DNA from: Catajapyx aquilonaris
Lineage: Eukaryota
Reading direction: 5' to 3'
NCBI GenBank assembly: GCA_000934665.2
Contig: KZ538103.1
Location: forward strand, 107,306-127,305
Length of the DNA stretch: 20,000 bases
Part shown: positions 12,184 to 20,000 of the stretch, piece by piece
Numbering within the stretch: the first letter of the stretch is position 1
How the letters are laid out: each line of letters starts with the position of its first letter
Notes under the pieces: generated by a model
Database searches by the model: none
The model's input: the letters and a program-made list of their open reading frames with translations, nothing else
Told to the model about the DNA's origin: nothing
Translations under genes and position numbers: made by a program

Positions 12184-12290
12184 TTGCCAACTGGCGCCAT
12201 CTACACTCTGCATGGGGAACTTGCCAGCTCATGTGGCGCCATCTTCACTTTTGCTGTGTGGCTCCATCTTAGGAGCGAGAGTCTGGCGCC
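12184..12290. repeat. Degenerate repeat cluster of TGGCGCCATCT(T) motifs (YY1/Smad1-5-like)
   Basis: TGGCGCCATCT 12192, TGGCGCCATCTT 12234, TGGCTCCATCTT 12259, GTCTGGCGCC 12281. The first two are each preceded by TTGCCA and followed by WCACT. Confidence 0.6.
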
Positions 12291-12623
12291 GTTATTTCCC
12301 TTTGGTGTAATAAGTGCGGGCGTGCTTCAATTGGTGACATCCGGGCAGATTCCAGCGCGCGCTTGGAGCAATTTCCAGCCTCTCTCTCTGAGGGAGGGAA
12401 GGGGGGGGGGCGACTCCATTAAAGGGTGGTGTGTAACTAAAGGCCACAGGATGAATGGCATCCTGTCCTGGAGGCAGTGGGGGAAAAGGCTGCTCCTACA
12501 CTTTGTACGTTAATCAGCCACAAAAGCAACTGCACAAAATCCGCTGCTGGCCCAGCTAACTCGGCAAACAAAGCAGGTGAGAAAATCCCTTTTCCCCACC
12601 CTCAGAGAGGAGGTTGGGAGGGT

Positions 12624-12740
12624 ATGCAAATGAACTGGACACAATCCCGAGCCAATAAGGAGGTAATAATGGTGTGGGCGTGCAAGGAAAGAGCAACCAC
12701 CCCCTTTTCCTCGCTCGCTTCTTTGCTTCATCCTATATAC
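12624..12740 (+). promoter_or_regulatory. Octamer-CCAAT-GC box-TATA-like promoter arrangement
   Basis: ATGCAAAT 12624-12631, AGCCAAT (CCAAT 12652-12656), GGGCGTG 12676-12682, CCACCCC ~12697, and TATATA 12734-12739 (weak TATA). Confidence 0.35.
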
Positions 12741-13314
12741 CCAGGCCTATTGATCTAAAGCATAGCTAGCTTGGGTTGGTGGTGGTGAGGAGGAGGTGGA
12801 GGAGGAGGCTTGGAAGGGAACTGAGCTGGTTTGGTGGCGTTTAGTGCAGCCTGGCCTTTCCCGCTGGGTTTGATCCGATTTGGATCTGAAATATTGTGTA
12901 CCTCTCCAGGTTTAGGGAACACTAGTCTCGTTTAAACGACGCCGCCCGTTTAAAAAAAAAATACAGTAGTCGGAAGTCGCTGGTGACCTGGCACGAATAA
13001 TATTGTACGGCAATTACTGGCTGCCGGAAATTCATTCGAGCAAAAGTCCAATCCATCCGAAAAGGTGTGTGAATAAAATAAAAGAAAAGGATGGAACGTC
13101 CTGCGCTTAGTAAAGTGTTCTCAGGCAATAAGTGGAAGGAGCTTTAGAGAGGAGGTGGGGAGGGGGGGGGGGAGACAAAAGAGGCTCCGGGGCTGGCTGT
13201 TTCGTATTCCGGAGCAGCTGTATGGAATGTGATTGGAAGCAATTTCTGTGGAGACGGCTGAAGTTTGGTCTTCGCCTCCCAGTCGACAGGGCAGAGCATA
13301 AAATCTCGGGGAAT

Positions 13315-13357
13315 AAAAGAAAGAAGAAGAAGAGAAGAAGAAGAAGGAAAAAAAAAG
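13315..13357 (+). repeat. Polypurine (AAG)n / A tract
   Basis: Unbroken A/G run made of imperfect AAG units followed by an A run. Confidence 0.85.
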
Positions 13358-15117
13358 CGCGAGCAGCAGGAGGATTACAAGCTCGCGTTCAATAAAGATG
13401 CGCCTCGTGAGTACACTTTGCTCGAGTCACGTTGAGCCCAGGGCGTGACGTCACGAACAGATCGTTTGATATCCCTACGTGCGTTCAACTTTTTAGCACC
13501 TACAAAGTCATATTTAACAGTTTTCTGGGGGGAGAAAGAGCCTGCTCAGCCGCAGAGAAGAAAAAAAAGAGGGACGTTTACACCTGGACTTTCTTTCCCC
13601 CCCCCCCGGATGATTCTGGCTCGGACAATTTTTAATCCTTATATTGCTTTTAATTACACACGCTTAACTCGAACACATTAATAATGCTTCCCGATGATTC
13701 AAATTAATTGCGATAATAACCACTGGGTAAAATCTAGTGTGCGTGTCCTGAACACCGTAATTGCACCACAAAAATGGATTCCCACTGGATTTCAGCCGGA
13801 ATCCCCCGGATTTTTCCTCCCGGAGCATACCATGTCGGTCCTACATCATATACCCGGAAAACGTCGAGCTTTGACCGTACCCCTCGAGACACATTATGAT
13901 GTTTGTGGGCCATCACAAAGAGGCACGAGCCTTTTCCTTCCCTCCCTCCGGACGCTAGGGACACAACCCGGCAGGACTTTCAAAAAAAGAAAAAAAAAAC
14001 CTAGTAAATCCAATATTGAAGAGTGCGCCCGTACTCTTTTTCCCCCTCCTCCCCATCCCTTGTCATATGGAGCATGCTCTGGAGAATAATTTGCAGGAAA
14101 GCCATCCGCGTTAAATTTTGCAACGACTCCAGCTGCATTCCTTCCCATCCTTTTCCCCTCCCACCCATCCCGACTATCCAATTTACATTCCTGTTGACAT
14201 TAGTAGAGAGTGAGCTTAGCGCGAGAATAAACTTTGCCACTGCTGGCTTACCATCTCACAATAAAGTGTAGGTGGAGAGAAAGCGGTTATCACACACATA
14301 TACGAGCGGCCGCAAACCGACCGGCAGGAAAAGGTATCCCGGAGAAACTTTTATTAACGCGGCTGGAGTCCCCAACACTGCATTTACGGCCGTCTGTATT
14401 AGCATGTCCGACGGAGCAGCAAAATGGCGTCCCCCATTTGACCTCCGACCGGGCATTCATTCCCTGACGGACAAGAACTCCGGAATGCTCATTTGTATCC
14501 CTCCCCACCCGACCATGGTCCCAGCTAATGCTCCAAACTTGTGGTATGTCCGGTGCTTCGGTGATGAGCCGGGATGTTCAGCACCGTAATTAAAAAACAT
14601 ACCCGCTGTCCTTTATAGCCCCTGTACTATAGGAGACGAAAAGGTGCGGCTGCTAAGGGTAAGCTAAGCCATAACCGCGCAGCGTGGCAACACTACAAAA
14701 AATATATCACCGTGTAACTTGGGTTGCATCATGCAAGGATGAAAAGTACCCAAGTACCTTTGGAAGATTTTTTTAAAAAAAGTGCAACAATTAATAACTA
14801 TAGGGATGCATTCGTCGCGGTGGCACAAAAAGGGGGGTTGTGTTGTAGTGTGGTTTGCAACCACACACGCATCCACACACACATGCCACACAGCCCAGAA
14901 ACCAATCCGTTAAGTCTCCCCCCCTCTCGACAACACTACCCTTCTGGCGTTTTTGGCAGCTCTGCCCCCGTACCCACAACTTGTGTTATGGGCCAGCACT
15001 CCCAAACCTATTCATCTTGGCCTGTCAGCAACATTTCATTTGTCTTCGTCGCGTTGCGTTTCCATCTACACGCTACAGACTTCCTGCCTTGTCACGATGA
15101 CCGCTTCCAGTCCAACC

Positions 15118-15130
15118 CACACACACACAC
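15118..15130 (+). repeat. Short (CA)6 microsatellite
   Basis: CACACACACACAC read directly. Confidence 0.75.
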
Positions 15131-16823
15131 TACTGCAGCCAGGACCTGACCACAACAATAGGATGTATACATACGTACAGTCAAACATAGACGAGTAACT
15201 ACCTTGTGAAACACAGCATATTATTATTATTAAAATAGTTGCAGACGGTTTACCGCATGAACGCTGGCTTTGTGTAAACCTACTCTCTCTGTACGTGCGA
15301 GGTGTAATATTGTAATTACGAGCAAGTGCTGCGGCAGGTCCAAACAAATTCTACGTATGTGCATTACTTCTATAGGTACACATCACGCAAATTATTCATT
15401 CGGCAGAGTAGAAGCCAATTATATTACGAGCTCTATAGAACATTATACAAGAATTTCTGCCGTAGCCCTGTAAACAGCTTCTCGCTACAGTAACTTCAGT
15501 ATTATTCTGTCTACATTGTACAGCACAATTCGGTGTATGATAGATCAAGAAGGGAAGTCACCCGGGCGGAAAATAGTGTCACTTTTCCTGGCAGACCACC
15601 TTCTTGTACGCGACAGTTTAGCACAAAAAAACTGGGCCAAGTATAGTGTAGCATCACCCTGTAGTTGGCGCCGGAGAATAGTTTTCGTAATGTTTGAAAA
15701 AGGTGGCTCAATAAAAAAAAGGAGGCTTCGTCCTTCCTACCCGAAAGGAAGAGTCTGCACCTATTGATTGGGTCGTAAAGTATGCGTAAAAAGAGGGGGG
15801 CTTTTGGGGAATGGCCCCCGTCCATTCGGCCATTCGGGCCCCCTCTCTTTTATTCCACCCAACCCACCCACCCGATTTTTGGGGAGGCAGAAAGAGTCGG
15901 TTCTTTTGGCCGAACAAAGAGGCCAAATCAAGTGGCGCGATCTGATCTTGTACAAGAATGATTCAATCGCTACATTTTGGAAGGTATACTTTAATACTGT
16001 TGATAGGGCTCATCCTGCGTGTCATGCAACCTTGGCAGCATGAGTCAGTACTGGAAATCGAAACGGCGCCGAGTGCAGTTGATTGTTGCAATAACTGCTG
16101 TTTTTTATGTAGGAAGCGACCAAGAAAATAAAACCGCGTAAATTACCCCCTCTTTATTAATAAAAAGATGGGTTGTCTCCCTGGCTGCTAAACGGGGGGT
16201 ATTCAAAATGAGAGTCCGCCTAATTACTCCCCCAGCTAAGGAATAAAAGAATGGTGTACAGGATGTCAGTGACACACTGTGGGTCTCCCCCCGCGATGGT
16301 GCAGTAGAGTGTGTTGGAGATGGCTGCTGCCATGACTCAAGCTGGAATAAGGGAGGGTTGGTTGGGCCCATGTCTGCCAACCATCCCAGCCACTAAACAA
16401 ATTCCCTTTGTCTGAACCAACAAAGCAGCTCTTTGCTTCCCTTGTTGCCCATCCCCCTTACACATTTTGCGCTCATTTTTTTCCACTTCAAAAAACCGAA
16501 AGTGTAGTCCAGGGGGTGACACAAAAAAAAATTGAAAAAAAAGAGATGCGGGGTCCATTTTGAGCATTGGTGTCACCAGCAGTGGACCAGCCATAAATTT
16601 TGGGGTGGGGGGTGTGGACCGATCTGAATTAATCTCCGGGCCAGAAATAACTAATCACCTTTTGCCACTATTTTTTTAGTCAGGGGTGGTGTTGGGCCGA
16701 TTGATAATTCATTTGCGAGCTGGAGGCATATGCATATTCCATGATTCCTGGAATAAATTAACAACAACGGCGGTGCAAAACCGCCGCAGGGGCACGGGCT
16801 TAATTCCTTTTGGTTACCGACAA

Positions 16824-17185
16824 ATAAATCACTTAAAGGGTGACAGGGACAAACGGGGATGACGACAACCGGGCCTGACTCATCGGAGGTCACGGGGTTA
16901 AGGAACTGCTTCTCTGTTTGTCCTGGACTGTAAGCAAACAAAGGAATTTGTTTGCTGGTGTTGCTTTTTTTCACCTGCGTGCGCTGGCCCAGCAATTTTT
17001 CAATCGTTCGCAATTATTGCGGTCCAGCACGCAGCCTGGCAAAAATTTTGTGTTGGAATTATTGTTGCAAGGTGTTTAATTCAGGAAGGGTCCTCCAGGC
17101 TGTAACTTTTAATCAGGCACCTGCCCCATAATTTCAGGCGGTTAAAAGATATGACAGCACACCTGGTGACACCTGGCATAAATCA
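16824..17185. promoter_or_regulatory. Candidate developmental enhancer (Pbx-Hox + Meis pairs, DR2-like, AP-1, Fox, E-boxes)
   Basis: ATAAATCA (=TGATTTAT) at 16824 and 17178; TGACAG at 16841 and 17152; TGACTCA 16876; AGGTCAcgGGGTTA 16887-16900; inverted GCAAACA pair 16933-16956; CACCTG at 16972, 17118, 17160, 17170. Confidence 0.4.
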
Positions 17186-18289
17186 CCCGACCCACTCGCT
17201 GGATTCATTTTGATAATTGTGCGAGGTACTGATTAAAATTCCGCAGACTCGTAAGACATCAAAAATATTTAAACTTATTCCACAAGTACACAGCACTGTT
17301 GATTTTCTGTTCATAAAGGGACGTGCCCTGTACCACCAACATGACAACGTGGCACTGCAGCGGTTACGATACCCTTTAAACCGCAGCATGGAGTTTGGCA
17401 ATACCGAGTGTACACAGCCATCGAAAGCTAACGTTTTGTTGTCGAATTTGTCAGCAAAACGATCCGGATCCTGCAGCGTTTTGTGCACCACCCCCCACCC
17501 TTTTCCAATCCTCAATTGGAGTTTAAAGTCCGGAGGGAAAGTTGGCGGTATTGGTGGTGGTCCTGGTATAGTCCCCCCCCCCCCTCCCTCTGAACCAAGC
17601 CCTTTTTTTGTGTGTATGGGGGGGGGGGGCGATTCAAGCCCATTACAAATCGATGGCGTCCAAGGTATTGATCTTGGACGTCCCTCTCGGTACATCTGCA
17701 TAATTAATCCAGTGCGCGGGTGTCACAAAAGTGCAACTCTTTTTTTCCCCCCCACCCCACTCCCTTGGTCTTCCATTTTGATGAGTTGCAGGATGTGTAA
17801 GGGGTGAGGGAAAAGACGGCTACAAGCCACGCGCATCCAATGAAATGAAAGGGGGATGTCTTTTGATGTGAACCCCCCTCCCTCCCTCCTGCTGTAATGA
17901 GCTTATGTAGATTAGTAGTCCACACCGAACATTACATCTACGTAATGAAATTCACAACCTTGCCAAAAAAAAGTGGACGCGCAAAAAAAAAATTGGACAC
18001 AAAAAATGCATGAAAACCCATGGGAAAAGTGGGTTTATTCTTACCGTCACGTATGTGTACATTAAAGCTTTACAATGGATTTAATCTTATGCGAGGGGCC
18101 CCCATTGTGCAGGCCGGCACTTCGGACCAATTAACTTATTTCATTCTCAACTTTCTTCTCCCCCCCTTCACCAGTTAATTGCAGGACTTACTTAATAATC
18201 TTTTCATGCAACTGCGGCTGTTACGCCTTCATTGCCATCATTTCGCAGCCAGACATTTTGCAAAATTTCATTCTACTCCTAAATGAGCA

Positions 18290-18290
<1 letters not shown>

Positions 18291-18344
<54 letters not shown>
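18291..18344. repeat. (ATT)18 microsatellite
   Basis: 54 nt of perfect ATT repeats. Confidence 0.97.
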
Positions 18345-18402
18345 GGACATAGCTTTATTCCCCTCTTTTGTATCTCCTTGCAGCAGAAAAGTCGATTGCG
18401 AG

Positions 18403-18558
18403 TGACGTCATACTTGACAAAGATTTTCTAACGTCATATCTCACAAAACAGGCATTTATTACGCCATATCTGACAGGCAACATGTTTTATGACGTCATAA
18501 CTGGCAGGCAGAGCATTTACGACGTCACACGTGACCACAAAAGGCATTTATGACGTCA
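18403..18558. repeat. Degenerate ~30-bp tandem array with six CRE-like cores
   Basis: Cores TGACGTCA 18403, TAACGTCA 18429, TTACGCCA 18459, TGACGTCA 18490, CGACGTCA 18520, TGACGTCA 18551 (spacings 26, 30, 31, 30, 31). GCATTTA or GTTTTA precedes the last four cores. Confidence 0.85.
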
Positions 18559-20000
18559 AGTGAGCGCCTCTTATATGCAAAGTGGTTCGCTTCTCTCGAC
18601 CTCACTTGCAACAATGGTCAATGGAAGGCTTAGTAGAAGTAGGAATTGTCCACTCCGGCAAGTAGTCTTCACCTCGATTGTTATAAGACTGCTTTGGCAC
18701 AGTCAAGGCCGATAAAAACTGGCTCAAGGGTAGACCGTATTGATTGTTGTTGACTCCAGCAACCTGTTTTAAATATATATTTCCGACACGTTGTTGTTCA
18801 CAAAGCTGTTTTCTGGGACAGTGCACCATTTAGTGTAATTATTACATTGTTATTATTTTCGCAGACTCAAAAATGTCCAGACTGGAACCAGCCAGTGCTT
18901 CAGAATCAGCTTCATCTTTTGTGGTTACTATTCACACAAAACCATGCAAAAAATATATATATATGCGAAAAATCCCCCTCCCCCCCCCTGGCCTGTTTAC
19001 TAGTCTGGCCAGTAAAGAAAAAGTTGGCAGGAGCCAAGTTTTGTGTTATTAGAATATAGGGCCATAAATCCATCCAATCGGGGGAGGTCCCGGGAGGAAG
19101 CTTTTCCTAGATATCCTCGCGAGATGTTTGATGCGCGTTTTTGAACAACTCTAGGAAAAGCCCATTGCCGAGTTGGAGGGAAATGGGGGGAAAAAAAATT
19201 CTGGAAAGTACTCCCCTTCTTTCCACTCCTCGTTTTTTTCTGCAAATCTGAGGAAAATAATTCTGCAGTCCGGTCGACCCCCGTTTGCATAGGAACCGAG
19301 GCAAAAATGCAGGCTCAAGATATTCAGGGTTGAATCTGTCTAACAGGAGATTTGTCCTACTTCCATCATCGGATGCTGCAGGAAAGAAGAGGGCGACAAA
19401 AAAAAAGGGAGAGGACAAAACTTTTTTTTTTTCTTCTTCTCAAACTATCTGACAGTCCTCCCTCTCAACCCCCCCTTTTATCGTAACAAAAGTTATCCTT
19501 TTCTCGACGTCTCCTACTCTTGGTGTCGTGGAAAAGTTTGCATATGAGCCCTGAAGTGCTGAGTAGGTGGGAAAAAGTATGTGTCGCCAGGAACAGCCAA
19601 AGTGAGCAAGTCGAACCAGACGAAGGGGTTCGGTTAGGAAATAAGCGACAGGATGCCATCACGGACATCGTTACTCTGTTAGTAAAAATAGTTGCACTTC
19701 GACAGAGTTTGACAAACAAGTAGTTAAAGTGTTCAAGTCTGGCAGGAGTTTAGGGACAGTCAAAGAGCCTGAAAGTATTCAACCTGTGGTATTTCCATAG
19801 AAGGGCAATTCCACGTGAACGTGATCACCTTTTTCACGAAAAAATTTGCCCGTCGATGAGTGTGAGATATGTTTGAGTCCATGTCAAGTTATGACCTTTC
19901 CCGCAAGGATTTGGTCCGCCGATGCGTGGTTGCCTATCTACAGGCGCTAATTGCACTTGGATCACGGTTAGAGGCGCGCCCCTATTACATTTACATGACA

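Noticed and set aside
13132..13395. ORF with KRKKKKRRRRRKKK (NLS/protamine-like)
   Set aside because: It is the translation of the (AAG)n purine tract and a G run.
17183..17807. Longest ORFs (196 aa +, 172 aa -)
   Set aside because: They overlap in antisense, run through C/G/T homopolymers giving poly-Pro/Gly, and show no recognisable domain.
18403..18558. CRISPR interpretation of the periodic array
   Set aside because: The period is only ~30 bp, the repeats are degenerate, the linkers are related, the context is eukaryotic and there are no cas genes.
19865..19876. miR-190-like AGATATGTTTGA
   Set aside because: 12-nt match only; no precursor hairpin.

Overview
This looks like non-coding metazoan genomic DNA (an intron or intergenic region). 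It has roughly mid-40s % GC by eye, no obvious CpG depletion, many A/T and G/C homopolymer runs, microsatellites and two ambiguous N bases inside G/C runs. The style suggests an invertebrate bilaterian, possibly amphioxus-like; that is inference only. None of the ORFs in the track resembles a protein family I recognise, and I found no tRNA, rRNA, snRNA, transposase or CRISPR array. The clearest structure is cis-regulatory or repetitive. There are at least 9 perfect TGACGTCA (CRE) palindromes, including a ~30-bp-period array of six CRE-like units at 18403-18558 and a 30-bp CRE-centred palindrome in a foldback, MITE-like segment at the left edge. There is a consensus CTCF site, two promoter-like motif clusters, a module with two Pbx-Hox + Meis site pairs, a degenerate TGGCGCCATCT repeat and two candidate non-coding exons. 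All functional assignments are motif-level and unverified; I cannot support a new protein-coding system here.
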